A stretch of DNA of 63,992 nt, filler included, from Neoconidiobolus thromboides FSU 785 (GCA_025603075.1; 5 parts of 5 records of this genome joined end to end with filler, not necessarily neighbours in it); one strand, 5' to 3'; counted from the first letter of the whole stretch, positions 25,493 through 39,528 are shown. Notes: a model not told the origin generated them from the sequence alone. A program made the numbers and translations.

Positions 25493-25593
25493 ATATGAGG
25501 ATGTATTTTTGTGTTTAAGGATTTTACTAACAAAATTTCCGTTCAAATAGCGTTTAAAAATGGAAAAAATAATGAAATTGAAAAAACACCTCA
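25493..25593 (+). mobile_element. MITE-like family A copy
   Basis: ATATGAGGATGTATTTTTGTGTTTAAGG...AAAAAACACCTCA. Confidence 0.8.
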
Positions 25594-27202
25594 ACTGTTG
25601 TTTTCCAAAGAAAATATTATAATCGAAGAAACACTGGTTAGACTAAAAACTATAATGGGTTTCCCATTGTAGCGTTAGATCTTGATCTTTTGATTTAGTA
25701 CTTTATATCAGTAAAAAGCAACTAGCGTTTTATATTTGGCTACTATGAAGCAAGCGGATCACTCAGTTTATAAAAGGATTAAAGTTAAATAATAAATTAA
25801 AAATAAATGCTTTTGTACCTTGTGAATTGTGATTTTCGTTTTATGCTACATAAAGTTTATTCTATTAAAAATTGATCCTTCATTAAAAATAACAAAAATT
25901 ATAATTTCTATTATAGTCAATAACTTTCCGATTTTTTTCACTACAAAAACTGTTATAATATGAGAAAATTATATATATATACATAATCAAAAATATAGAA
26001 AATAAGGCAGCTTTAATTCAGTATCGTAATATCATAGATAATATTGGGAAGCGTTGATAGGCTTTTTCTAAGTATTATGTTGTTAAAAAAATTATGTCAA
26101 TAAGTTACTTTGTTTAGTTGACTATAAAATTTTAATAAATCTTATTATTTTGCCTTTTTGTACATATGTCAATTATTATTTAGTTATAGAAAATGGCCTT
26201 TAAATTATTCATGTATTATTCAAATCTTAACTATAACTTATTAAACTTTAAATAGTCTAATTTTATACTAAAAGATTCATGATTATAACACATTCTATCA
26301 TTTAACAAATACATCGAATAGCGCCAACTTCGTTCACTTGGCATTCGCATCAAAAAACAGCAGTAGAAAACCATTATACTTTAAAACAAGTACTTTAATA
26401 TCAAGAGAGTGTTGTTGTAATTCTACATTTAAAAATAGATTGAATGGATTCTTCCAAATCTCCGACCATCTAAAGTTAAGAATTAAAGTTTATCTAATAT
26501 GGCAAAAATAGCTTCAACTGTCAGCTCATTAAAAAAGGTCTAGAAAAGCCGGGGATGGTATAGAAATATGTTTCTAGAAGATAAGGATCTGGGTGCATTG
26601 GGTCCTTTGTGATATAAAGGAAACTAAAAGTAGCAACGTGTGTCAATAATTCAAAAATTAAAGAAATTCTGTATCAAGTTCTATTGAATTTATATTTATA
26701 ATGATGGAAACATGCTATTCACTGAAGATAGTTCAGAATTTAGCTTCCAATTTTAAGCGATAGGATAATTACAATTGCTTTAAGAAATTCATTAAGTAAA
26801 TAATTATAAATTTCAACATTAATGAGTGATTCATCTGTATGGTTTTTAATGTAAGGGATGATCAAAAACTTAATGAAAACCGATGTAATTGAATAAAAAT
26901 GGAGTTGTTTACTTTTTGTACTAAAGGAGAGGGGCTCATCATTTATAAATAGTAGTCTTAATTGAAGATGTAGTATTGAACTCTAAAAGTTTTGTAATTT
27001 ATCAATTCGACTTTCCGATATATATAACTTTCATTAAAAGTGAGGATTTTTTATTTCGTATGTAGTTGACGGCTTACATTATTTAAAAAAGCCAAATTAT
27101 ATAAAGCGGAAAATAGAATAAATTTTAAGGAATTGAAAATGTAATTTTGGAAAGTCAAGTATAAAAGGAAGTAACAAACCACACTAGTGATTATTTTTTA
27201 AA

Positions 27203-29162
27203 ATGTTAAATTTGACATTAGTATTAATATCCATACTTGTATCATCTTTAATTTATTATGGGTATAAAGTAGTTTAATTATATATCATTGTCACATTATA
27301 ATTTGTACTTTAAAAGGTTATATACAATATACATTTTAGTCCCTTGAAAAAGGTACCTGGCCCAATAATCAATTTGTTCTTCCCCTTTATCCACACCTAT
27401 CATATAAGCAAAGGTACATTTCCAGAGTATGCTCTAAGTTTGCATATGAAATATGGAAATGTAGTAAGATTGAGTAAGTATTTAAAATATGAAACCTTAA
27501 TTATTTATAACACTAATAAAATGACATAGGTTGGAATGAGGTGTCCTTTTCTTCCGATTCAGCATTGAAAGAGATTTATTCTACCTACGCCTATGTAAAG
27601 GATGAAATTTATGAGATTTTTAAAATAGTAGGAGAAACTATTTTCAGCACAAGGTAATGAAGAATAGGCATCAAATAGCTAATACTAATGATTTAATAGA
27701 AATAGAGACTTTCACCGTCAAAGAGTAATAGTTTTATATAACTTGTAATAACTATAGTTAACTAAAATAGAAAAAAATTATTGCTCCATCCTTTTCGGAG
27801 AAGTCAATTGAAAGTATGGAATATTTAGTCAAAAAGAATATAGATACTTTTGTAGATAAAGTGAATACTTTATCTACTCAAAGTCAGAAATTAGATCTTG
27901 GTCTTTACTTTCATTATTTTGCTTTCGTAAATTCTGTATGAAATCATTCATAGTTATAGTAATATAGTTAATAGGATGTAATTGGAGACTTTGCGTTTGG
28001 AAAGTCATTTAATATGCTAAGAGATGGTTACCACCCAATAGTAAAATGGACACATGATATGACCAAACTCAGTATTTTGGTATGACGCAGATATTAATAT
28101 TTTACATAGTGCTCACATAATATTAGGTATTTACGTTCCCATTTATGAAATATTATCAATTCGATAGTATTAAAAATTTATTTGAAGTATTAAAAACATT
28201 ATTACTTATTATTAGATATATTTAATCAAAATTCAGTTTACACATGCAGCAATAAAACATGCCAAAAATAATCCAGGTAGAGCTAGTATTTTGAATACTC
28301 TAATTAAGGCAATGGATCCAGATACTGGGAAAAAATTAAGTGAAAGAGAAATAGCCGAGGAGTCAATTTCGCAACTGTAGCTTATTAACTCATTAATTTA
28401 TTTAATATGTAACTAATCTTATTTAAAGTTCTGGTGGAACAGATACTACTTCGCATTCTCTTACATGGTACTTTAATACAGTTAAGTTTCAACGAATTAA
28501 ATAATTATTTAGGATATTTTATTTGCTGACTAAGAATCCAGATGTATATCAAAAAGTTAAAGAAGAAATAGTTACAATGTTCCCCAATAAAGAATCCATT
28601 ACTTATTCCAAATGCAAAACTGAATGTCATTATCTTAATGCCGTAATTCATGAAGGCTTAAGGATTTTTCCAGTAGTTGGGGGTACTCCAACAAGATTAG
28701 TACCTAGTGGTGGTAAAGTTATTGATGGTTACTATATGCCAGGAAAGGTATATATTCTTATAGTAAATAGAAATATTATTTTTATAATAATATTTTCTAG
28801 ACAGTTGTTGGAGTATGTTTTAATGTTTTGCATAATTTACCAACACAATGGGAAAAGCCAGAGGTCTTTGATCCCCAAAGGTGGCTATTAAATGGAAAGT
28901 TCAAAACAAATAATAACTTCTCGCCCTTTTTAATCGGCCCTAGAGCTTGTGTGGGTAGAACGTAAGTTCCATTAATTCAATCAATAATTATCATACATTT
29001 TTTTCATTTTATAGTTTAGCTTGGATGGAGTTATACTTAGTCAGTGCAAATTTGATTCGAAACTTCACTTTTGATAGAAATGGTGAAAAAGATATTGATC
29101 ATAAATGTTTTATTACTACTCAACCGATGGAACCAATAAAGGTTTCTATTACTAAAAATTAG
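27203..29162 (+). CDS. Cytochrome P450, multi-exon, apparently intact
   Basis: N-terminal TM then PLKKVPGP; I-helix GGTDTT; EGLR (ExxR); FDPQRW; heme motif FLIGPRACVG. Confidence 0.93.
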
Positions 29163-29389
29163 GCCAAAGTCTAGCAAGCATTTTTAGTTTAAGCTTGCCG
29201 AAAGTTTAATAGTACTCGTTTTTAGATAGTTTCTCACTCATACATTACTGACAAGATAAAATACTGTTGGTTTTATACAATCGATAAAACTTAAAATAAA
29301 ACTTTGTTTTATTTATCAATACAAAATTATCTTTATAAAGTTCAATTTTTAAAGTTTATTACTATTTTATACTCATGATGAATTGTTTA

Positions 29390-29552
29390 TAGTTGCTGCA
29401 ACTCTGTTATGGCCTAAGTTTCGATAATTTTTATAGTCAGTTTTTTGTTTGTTTGGTTTCTATTTGATTAATCTTTAGCTTTGGCATGATTTTAGAGAAA
29501 TTTTATTTTTAAATGAGCGATTAAATAGGTCACGATGGAGTTGCAGGAACTG
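29390..29552. mobile_element. Degenerate Tc1/mariner-type MITE (163 bp)
   Basis: 27-bp imperfect TIR (20/27; TAGTTGCTGCAACTCTG.. vs CAGTTCCTGCAACTCCA..), TA on the left, CA on the right; consensus would read TA|CAGT..ACTG|TA. Confidence 0.45.
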
Positions 29553-30330
29553 CATTAATAAATATAAAAGTTATTGTACTTTTCATATTTCGAATGGTTT
29601 TTTAAATCATATTTTTTGAAGCTCTTCAAAGGACTGATTGTAATATTGAAAAAAAAGCCTCGTGTTATAACTATCGTTGTCTTTATTTTATTGTGTAGGA
29701 AAGAAACACACTTTACTAAGTTGGGTAATACGATAAAAAAAGCATTTGGGGCATCTTTAATTTTATTTGTTTGTCCATTTTTCATGTAGCATAAAACTGA
29801 AAAAATCATTGGCAAAATATTATAGTAAAAAAAACATTTATTTTCTTATGAAAAAGGATATTATAAACTAAAGCCTTAATATTAGAATCAAAAAACTAAT
29901 CAAAGGCTACTGTTAATATTACAAATTATAAGGCAATAGTTAAAAATATTGATTAAATATGTAATAGAAAAGTTTATTGTTTTATTATTGAATATTCCTA
30001 TATCTAAAAAAGTTATACATAACCTAACATATGTGAAACAAATATGTATGATGAAATTTTATCAACCTTTTTTATAAAGATATATATATGCTAGTTATTT
30101 GATTACAAAATAATAGTACAAACGATATAACGTTCATTTTACAGTAATAATACTGAAAGCTTTAAAATCTTATAATCCCATTTCTAAAACCAAGTAGCCA
30201 ATCAAAATAGCTAAACACCTAACTAAAGTTTCATTGGTAAATTCGAAAGTGTGAGCCAAGCCAGTAAAAAAATAGCAACACAATTTAAAAAAGTGTAAGT
30301 TTATTCCTTTTATATAAATCAAAAAAAGAA

Positions 30331-32305
30331 ATGGCTATCTTTAACAAGGAGCAAAGTGGATCATTATTCATTGGAGGAGAGCGTACCTCCGGTCAAGAAG
30401 TTCGTAACCAAAATGGTAATTAGAAATAGTTTACTTAAATCATAAAGAATAGGTCATTAATAAATTATTTTGAATAATAGTACTTGCAGCAAGTTCTATT
30501 GCCAATGTTGTAAAAACATCTTTAGGACCTGTTGGACTAGATAAAATGATGGTTGATGATATTGGTGTAAGTATTAGAATCTTATTCTAATTTAATAAAT
30601 TCTAATGAAATAAAGGATGTAACCATTTCCAATGATGGGGCTACCATTTTAGGTTTATTAGAAGTAGAACATCCAGCTGGAAAAGTACTTGTTGAATTAG
30701 CACAACAGCAAGATCAAGAAGTAGGTGATGGTACCACTTCCGTTGTTTTAATTGCAGCTGAATTATTGAAACGTGCTAATGAATTAGTTATTAATAAAAT
30801 TCATCCAACTACCATTATCAGTGGTTACCGTTTAGCTAGTCGTGAAGCTTGTAGATTTATCGCTGATCAAATGACTCAAAAAGTAGATAAATTAGGTCGT
30901 GATTGTTTAATTAATGTAGCTAAAACTACCATGTCAAGTAAAATTATTAACAAGTAAGTTTTAAATAATGGTTTAAATCTTTGATTTAATATTTTATTTT
31001 AGTGACTCAGATTTCTTTTCAGAAATGGTAGTAGATGCTATTACCTCAGTAAAATCGATCAATTCCCGTGGTGATATCAAATACCCAGTTAATGCTGTTA
31101 ATATCCTTAAAGCTCATGGTAAAAGTGCTAGAGAATCTATTTTTGTTAAAGGTTATGCTTTAAATTGTACTGTTGCTAGTCAAGGTAAATTAATTTTAGT
31201 ACTTTATAATAATATTTTTTTATCAAAATTAGCTCTTCCAAAACGTATTCAAAACGCTAAGATCGCTTGTCTTGATATCAATTTACAAAAAGCACGTATG
31301 CATTTAGGCGTTAATATTGTTGTTGAAAACCCAGACAATTTAGAAGATATTCGTCGTCGGTATGATTTATTATAGCTTGTCATAATTATCTTTTTTTCTA
31401 ATAATTGTACAGTGAAATTGAACTTACCACCGAGAAGATCAAATTAATTCTTGATACTGGAGCTAATGTTATTTTAACCACCAAAGGTATCGATGATATG
31501 TGTTTAAAGCTCTTTGTTGAAGCTGGTGCTATGGCTGTACGTCGTTGTAAGAAGGAAGATCTTCGTAGAATTGCTAAAGCAACTGGGGCTACTTTGATTT
31601 CAACTTTAGCTAATTTAGATGGAGAAGAATCATTTGAAGCTAGTTATCTTGGTTCAGCCGAGGAAGTAGCACAAGAACGTATTTCAGATGACGAATGTAT
31701 CTTAATTAAAGGCACTAAGAATCAATCCGCTTCTAGTTTAATCCTTAGAGGTGCTAACGATTATATGTTGGATGAAATGGAACGTAGTATCCATGATTCT
31801 CTTTGTGCTGTTAAACGTACTTTAGAATCTGGTTCCGTTGTTCCAGGTGGTGGCGCTGTTGAAGCTGCTTTAAGTATTTATTTAGAAAACTTTGCTACAA
31901 CGTTGGTAAGTTAATTAATTCATTATATTTAGATTAACAATTAATTTTATTTAATAGGGATCACGTGAACAATTAGCTATTGCTGAATTTGCTAATTCAC
32001 TTTTAGTTATTCCAAAAACACTTGCAGTTAATGCAGCTAAAGATTCTTCTGATTTAGTGCCCAAACTTAGATCTTATCAAAACGCCGCCCAAAACCCAAA
32101 TGCTGATGAACGTCGTCGTCAACTTAAATGGTTTGGATTAGATCTTATTAAAGGAGAACTTAGAGATAATGTAAAAGCCGGTGTATTAGAACCAGCTATG
32201 TCTAAAATAAAGTCTCTCAGAGCTGCTACTGAAGCTGCTATCTCAATCTTACGTATAGACGATCTTATCAAAGTTATTCCAGATAAAGAAGAAGGTGGTC
32301 AATAA
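30331..32305 (+). CDS. TCP1: T-complex protein 1 subunit alpha (CCT1), multi-exon
   Basis: KTSLGPVGLDKM, TISNDGATIL, EVGDGTTSVV, VVPGGGAVEAAL, GVLEPAMSKIKSL..ATEAAISILRIDD. Confidence 0.97.
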
Positions 32306-32871
32306 TTATGTTGATGGCTGACTATTTGGAAAAAATTAGATTTTTTTTAAAAAAACATGGGGGAATAAAATATAGTATTAAAATGTGCAAATCAATATGA
32401 TTGTTAATATGAGCTTTTTGTTCTTATGATGTTATGCTATACCTTTTATAATCTATTTTGTAGAAGTAGAAGTTTTAAAATAAGCAAAAATCAATATTAC
32501 AATTTACTAGATTGGAAGGCATTTTTATTAAATGAGTAGCAACGTGGTTTTAAAATAGTTAAGATTAATATGTTTCAAACTATGTCATTTATTAAATGGC
32601 ATTCGAATTAATGTCTTAGATAAAATGAACCTATTTGAAGTTTTTTTGACTAAATATTTTGTATTATAGAACATTCATCACTATAAGTAGCCACAGAATA
32701 TAATTATGACTATCAATTGTACAAATATATTAAACAATAATTACTTCATTATATAATAAGATGATTCTACCTTAATTGCCATTTTCTACTTATAATAACT
32801 TTAAACAATAAAAACAATCTTTCATTAAATAACGATAATAATTTATAATAAGGATAAAAAAATCTCCTACT

Positions 32872-33605
32872 TTATTCTTTTTGTTGATATTGTTTTTCAT
32901 CAACACCGTGATGAGGATGGTTAACAAAATTGAACCAAGGAATAGCACCTGAAAAAAAACATATTATTTTTGAACTCATAAAATATCAAAAAGTCAAAAC
33001 TTACCAAACTTAAGAGCTGAATAACGTGAATTATTAGCAGCAGCTTGTTGATAATAAGTATCTAAAGAAGATTGACCATATAATTTTTGTTCATTTTTAT
33101 ATTTATTTCCAAGTTCTTTTATATCTCTTAATCTTTCTCTCTCATTTTCACTCCATCCCCAAAACCTTTCTATTAATAATATTAACATTATTATTCTTTA
33201 TTTTAAAAATGGTAAAAAACAACTTACTGCTACTTGATTGATAGGCATATAAGAAACCGCCAATGGTGCCAAGTGCAGCACAGAACATTAAATTAGCTGG
33301 AAGTCTAGCCTTTGGTACACTAACTTCTCTTTTTTCTAATAAAATGACACATTACTTTAAAATCCCAATCCAATATAATCAAACTTACCCAAAAAATAAA
33401 AAGCAGCTGGGAAAAAAGCAGTACCTATACCCCAAGCAGCATAATCTTCAGCTCTAAAATAACTAACTACTCTTTTAAAGTGAGGGTCATTATCGATCAA
33501 TGGATATGGGGTATCGATCTTTTTATCCCAATGTTGACGAGGCTCTAAATTGACTTGTTCAGCTAATTGGTGTAGCTCCTCTACTTTGTTATCGGTTGAA
33601 CTCAT
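32872..33605 (-). CDS. NUXM: NADH:ubiquinone oxidoreductase 21-kDa (NUXM-type) accessory subunit, multi-exon
   Basis: TPYPLIDNDPHFKRVVSYFRAEDY, RFWGWSENERE, YGQSSLD..QQAAANNSRYS, PWFNFVNHPHHGVD. Confidence 0.88.
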
Positions 33606-33902
33606 TTTTTTATTTGAATATAAAAATTGATGAGTTTAGCTTTTGATTATCTTTTTTAGATCAATTGCAATTTTTTAATTTTCTTTTTGGTTGGCATAAT
33701 AATTTTTTGAATGAGCTGGAAGTTGGACTCAATTAATTTATTATGGGATCAGTTTTAATAAGTTTTATAGAAGAAAAAATGAAGTAAGAAATAATATGAT
33801 AATTATACACAAACAATATATTTATTTAAAAATATTAAATTTAGAGATATAAAGCATAGTTGCGTTTTATACTGTAAATGAAATTAAAGAAGGATTACTT
33901 AT

Positions 33903-35494
33903 TCATCTTTCTTATATCCTGGAACTTGATCCAAATGTTTAATAGATAAACAATAGATATCAAAATGATCACAAATTTCATTGATGACTGAAATAGAATA
34001 ATACAAATAATATCCAATAGAAAATAACATACATGCATAAATATAAGTAATCTCATTTCCTTTCTCAAATATTGGTTTTCTAGAAGTAGAAATATTAATA
34101 ATTATATACTATTTATATATTAATAAAAACTTACATATCAAATAAAATTGATAAATTAGAATTGATAGCCCCAACAATCAAAGGTACATATAACTTATTG
34201 AAGTAAGGGAATGGAGCTTTAGTAACATGAGCCAAAATAATTAAGCCTACGTTATAAGCTACAGTGAATCCCAAAAACAACATGAAGGGTACTAAACATT
34301 CAGTAAATATAAAAGGTGAAGCGGAGATCCAAAGATAACCCAAAAGACTAGCTACTGCAAAAGGTAATATACCTAATAAAGCAGTAATAGAAGATTGTTT
34401 TTTTTCATTGTATGTTTGTATAACATTGTATGCACTAAACGAATAAAAACTAAATTAAAATGGTATAGAATAGATATATAGTAACTTACCTATTAATAAT
34501 GTTTAAAAACATAACAAAGAAAGCGATCAATAAAAATAATTTGTTGATTTCAATGGAAGGAATAAAAGGTAAAGTAGTATCTTTTAAATGCAAAATAGTA
34601 CGTACGTCTTGTGTCCAATAAGAAGGAGTGACATAACCAGTAAGAATAAATAAAATACATACCGAAGTTAAACCTTCAACTGGTCCAGAAAAATAACTTA
34701 AATATAATGTTCCGGTATGGTATTCTTCCCATGTAGTTAAATAAAAATTACCAAAAGCTAACAAAAGTCAAGGTTTAAGTTTCAAGTTGTTACTTAAATA
34801 TATAAAGATGGATTACCTGTATATACTGAAATAATAGACCACCAATCTTTACTAATTTTAAAAGCTGAAATAGTTAATAAACCTACAAGCTATTAAAATA
34901 TTAATTTATATTTTAAATAAAATCAAATGTAAAAACCTACGGTTGTATTTAAAGCATCGCAACCTAAACAAAAAAAATAAACTTAATACAATTGCAATAG
35001 AAAATACTGGATTAAACTTACTATGATCAAATAACTGTCCTAAAGGACCAGAAGTACCAGTTCTCCTTGCTTGTTTACCGTCAATAGCATCAAATGAAGC
35101 ATAAATCCATAATCCAACACCATAACTGATAATAATAAAAATATTACAATGAGTTTAATAGTTAGTTTACTTATTTTTACCTAACATATAACCAAGCAGG
35201 ACCTTGACCATCTAAAGTTGGATCAAAAATAAGACACAAGCCAAAGTTAAAGATGATTAATATGAAGCCAAGTAAAGTAATTAAATTTGGACTAAATATA
35301 GTAAAAAATATTTAATAAAATATTTTATAAAATAATACATAACTAAAATTCACTTACGCCATCCATAAAGGAAATAGGGAAACTAACCAAGTCCAATAAT
35401 GGTTTAATACATATTTTGATAATAAAGAGTTATCCACTCCTTTATATTTATATAAACTTAAATTTTTTTTATATTTTGGATCTATAAATGGCAT
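33903..35494 (-). CDS. Choline/ethanolamine phosphotransferase (CPT1/EPT1 family), multi-exon
   Basis: [25 protein letters not shown]-alcohol motif [50 protein letters not shown]. Confidence 0.93.
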
Positions 35495-36858
35495 TCTATT
35501 CTTCTTTTGTTTATTTGTTATACACTATATTACAGTTTTATTGTAGGAAAGTGATTGTTAACACTTTTAAAAAGTACTTTATTTTTCTTTTAACAAAAGA
35601 ATGAATCTATTATTTGATAAAAATTCGAGTTTGAAATGAAGTGAAGCCAATCATTAATTTACATTGAGTTAAATTCAATATTAATTTCTCCTTTCATTAG
35701 GTCATTATTTTCCCATATTCTATTATGTTAAAATTTGTAAAGAATAATTTATGTTTCAAATCAAGTATTGTTAAAAGAAATTCTTTTGAAGTTTTTAGTC
35801 TAAAATTTATAACTAGATTTATTTTTGTCTCATTAATCTGATGATTTTTATATGACATAAAATTTCAAAATAACATTAATCTGATATTAATACAAAAAAA
35901 GTTATTTTTATATTTCTAATTTATAAATTGATCAAAAGTGCAATTTTTAATAGAATACTATAAAGGTACATTATAGTATTAATAATATATATACATATTA
36001 AAATATTAAAATATTAAACATATAAGTTTGAATAACGAATCTTTATAAAAAATAGAAAATTAGTAAATTAAAATTCAGTGTTTTTATTTAGACTTTTAGT
36101 AACTTATATCTTAGTCAGAAATCTAAGTTACTAAGTTTAATAAAACAGACAGTTATTAGTTATAAAACTTTGAAGCTTAATTGAGTTAAAATTTAAAACT
36201 TTAATTGTAATAAATTGAAAACTATTGAGTATAAAAAGTATTATGAAAATATGGAATAATATTAAAATTAATATTTAAAACAAGTAATAAAAAAATTGAA
36301 TAATTTAATTACTTTGTTTATAAATAACAAAATCAAAACCCAAACTTAGCTCTATTTATTTATAACTGTAAAATATTTCAAACTTAAGTAGTTGATGTTA
36401 TTAAAAAAATTAAATAATCGACTTCTGATTGGATACTCTAAACATCTTTTAATTTAAAATCATAAAAAATGACTTTTATCAAATGTAAACTAAATAGTCA
36501 AAATTTTAACTCAAACAAAAAAATAAATTCCGATATTAACTGTTAAAAAATTAAAATTAAAATCAACAATTAAGTTCTAACATTTTAAAAAAAATATAAA
36601 TAAACAATAATATTCTTTGTATTTATCTTCTATTTTGTAAATGGTTTTCATTTTTATCTTTTAGACTTTTTTATATTGATTTACATTTAGTTTATTTCAT
36701 TCACATAACAAATACATTAAATACATTAAATACATTAATACATTCTATTTCTATAATATATCACTCTAATAGAACAGCAACATTTCAACATATACGAATC
36801 ACATAACACATAATCTCATTTATAATCAATAATTAAAACCTAATTCAAATAACTTTCA

Positions 36859-37715
36859 ATGCATCAATTAAGTCACTTAATTCTAATATTATTACCTACT
36901 ATCTTAGCCCTTCCCAATGTGAATTTAGATCCTAAATTATCATTAAATGAGCCAACTCCATCCACATTGAATGAGAATCCAGTCTTGTTAATGCCAACCC
37001 CAATCTTAGATGAAAGTCAATCAAATGGTATATCTACTTCATCTATTAACAAATCAAATATGATTAAGGTTAACAATGAGATGCAAAAATTAGTAGATAG
37101 TAATGAACAAGTAGATGAATCTGTTTTAAAAGCAATGAGTGAAGAAGAAGAACAAGAAGAACAAGAAGAACAAGAAGACAAGAGTGAATTAAAGGCAGCA
37201 GCTGAAGATGAAGAAAGTGAGGTAAATCAACAAGAATCAATTGAGTTGGATAACTCAATGGAATTAAAAGCAGCCAGTGATGAAACTGAAGAATATGATA
37301 AAGAGAATTCATATAATAATGAAGCCCGTTATGAAATACGAACTAAACGATATGGAGCGGGATATTCATTAAGAAGAAGAAGAATGAATTCAGGTTCATA
37401 TAAATTCAATAATTATCGACCAAAATATAAAAGAGGTTATTCTACTTATTTAAGAACAAGAAGTTATGGCAAATCAGATAGATATGATAATAAAAAATAT
37501 CCTAGATCTTATACTTATTTAAGTAAAAGTGATTCTTATCAACCTAATAGATATTTGAGAAGAAGAAGGTATGAATATCGTGGTGATAATAATGCTTATA
37601 AAAGATATCGTCGTAATTCACCTCATGAAGGTCATAGTAAACATCATCATCGTCGTAATTTTAATATTCGTCGTCGTCATGATTATGATATTAAAGAATA
37701 TTATGAACCTAAAGT

Positions 37716-37747
<32 letters not shown>

Positions 37748-37803
37748 GTTACCATTCTAAATATCATCATCATCCATCCAATTATTATTATGATATTGAA
37801 TAA
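36859..37803 (+). CDS. Secreted orphan protein, acidic N-half and Arg/Tyr/His-rich C-half
   Basis: 314-aa single-exon ORF with signal-peptide-like N-terminus (MHQLSHLILILLPTILA); TATA-like sequence upstream; no recognisable domain. Confidence 0.8.
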
Positions 37804-37980
37804 ATTAATCTTTTTTTGATATTACTATTATTATTTTTAATGGAATTTCTATTATTTCAATACTTTAAAAACTTAAATAAAATTAATAAGTATAAATTTA
37901 AATTTTATTAATATAATACAAATTGAAAACTGAAATAAGTTTATAAAAATATATACATAGATTATTAATTAATAATCTTT

Positions 37981-39528
37981 TCAAAATAGCAATTCCTTTT
38001 TATGACACGAATCCCAATTCTGTACAATAGAATATCTTAAACATGAGGGACATTTAATAGTGGAATTGACATCTTCTTTCAATAATAAAGAACTTGAAGA
38101 AATCAATGCAGTTTGAATACAATCTAAATGAAACTTATGACCGCAACTTAATTGTATTAAATTATCATTTAGAAATGAATTTAAATCACAATCACATAAC
38201 CCAACGGGATTCATAGCACAAGTAGAATGTAAATGTAAATGAGCTTTATCTTTTCGACTTTGAATTTCTTGATTGATTTCTTGATTAACTTCTTCATCTT
38301 CTGTTAATAAAGGAAATCGACAATTAGGACAAGTATTTGATTTATCTAACCAGTGTAATAAACAATCTTTATGAAATATATGAGAACATGGCATTTTAAC
38401 AATGATTTGTTCGTTTTCCCATTCATCTAAACAAATCAAACAATTCTCATTATTATTAATAATAATATTATGTTGATTATTGATTTCATTAATAAAGTGG
38501 GTTGGTAATTTATTAATAGATTCTTTACTTGCTTTATGTATTTTTCTATTTTCTTCATTACTTAATCTCATGGCTATTTCAGTTAGTATATCATTGATGT
38601 CAAGATTGTGTCCTTCTTCATCATTTAAATTAAATTCAAAAATAGTAGCTACCCCAGCTGGTCTATTTTCATTATTTGTAGGTAAAAATGTCATAAAGAA
38701 TCTAATTCGAGGGTTATTTGGTCTGTTACTATTGTTTACTCTTGGATGAGTATTATTGTTTGATTCAGTATTACTATTGTTATCTATCCCAGTAAGACTA
38801 TTATTATCAGGTTCAATGGCACTAATATTATTTGATTCTCTATTATTACTATTACTATTTAATCCTTGATGACTGTTATCACTGTTAGATTCGATGATAG
38901 TAGTAGTATTTAGTTCAGATTGGTTATTGTTATGCAGCTCGATAGTAGTGGTAGTAGTAATGTTATTTAAATCAGCTTGAGTATTATTAGTATTGTTGAT
39001 TTCAGAGCTATCACTGCTATTATTAATAGTATCTATATTATTATTAATAGTATCTATATTATTATTAATAGTATTTATATTATTATTAATAGTATCTATA
39101 TTATTACTAATAGTATGTATTCTATTATTGATTGTCTCTAGATTATTATGAATAGTTTCTATATTGTTATTTGATACAGTGTTATTATCAATTTGAGAAT
39201 TATTATTATTTAAATCAAGATCAATAAAATTATTTAATTCATTTGAAAGATCATTTTGGATTTGTTGATTTATATTTAACAAGTTATTATTATCAACTAG
39301 ATCAATATTATTGTTAATTAGATCAATATTGTTATTTAACTCAATAAAGTTAACCTGAGCCATTGGCTCATTTGTTTCAGTTATCACTTCATTGTTATTA
39401 CGGTTATCATTAGTTAAAGGATTAACTTGGTGATTTTGGATTTCAATAATACTATCGTTTGATGAAGAATTATTTGAATTATTAACATTATTCTGTCGAC
39501 GATTCATATGTGATACCGAAGAGCCCAT
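37981..39528 (-). CDS. RING-H2 E3 ubiquitin ligase-like protein with a second degenerate RING
   Basis: CLICLDEW..MPCSHIFHKDCLLHWL..SNTCPNCR; second LSCGHKFHLDC..CPSC; MGSSVS myristoylation-like start; NNIDTIN repeats at about 39020-39110. Confidence 0.85.
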   Translation of the reverse strand: MGSSVSHMNRRQNNVNNSNNSSSNDSIIEIQNHQVNPLTNDNRNNNEVITETNEPMAQVNFIELNNNIDLINNNIDLVDNNNLLNINQQIQNDLSNELNNFIDLDLNNNNSQIDNNTVSNNNIETIHNNLETINNRIHTISNNIDTINNNINTINNNIDTINNNIDTINNSSDSSEINNTNNTQADLNNITTTTTIELHNNNQSELNTTTIIESNSDNSHQGLNSNSNNRESNNISAIEPDNNSLTGIDNNSNTESNNNTHPRVNNSNRPNNPRIRFFMTFLPTNNENRPAGVATIFEFNLNDEEGHNLDINDILTEIAMRLSNEENRKIHKASKESINKLPTHFINEINNQHNIIINNNENCLICLDEWENEQIIVKMPCSHIFHKDCLLHWLDKSNTCPNCRFPLLTEDEEVNQEINQEIQSRKDKAHLHLHSTCAMNPVGLCDCDLNSFLNDNLIQLSCGHKFHLDCIQTALISSSSLLLKEDVNSTIKCPSCLRYSIVQNWDSCHKKELLF

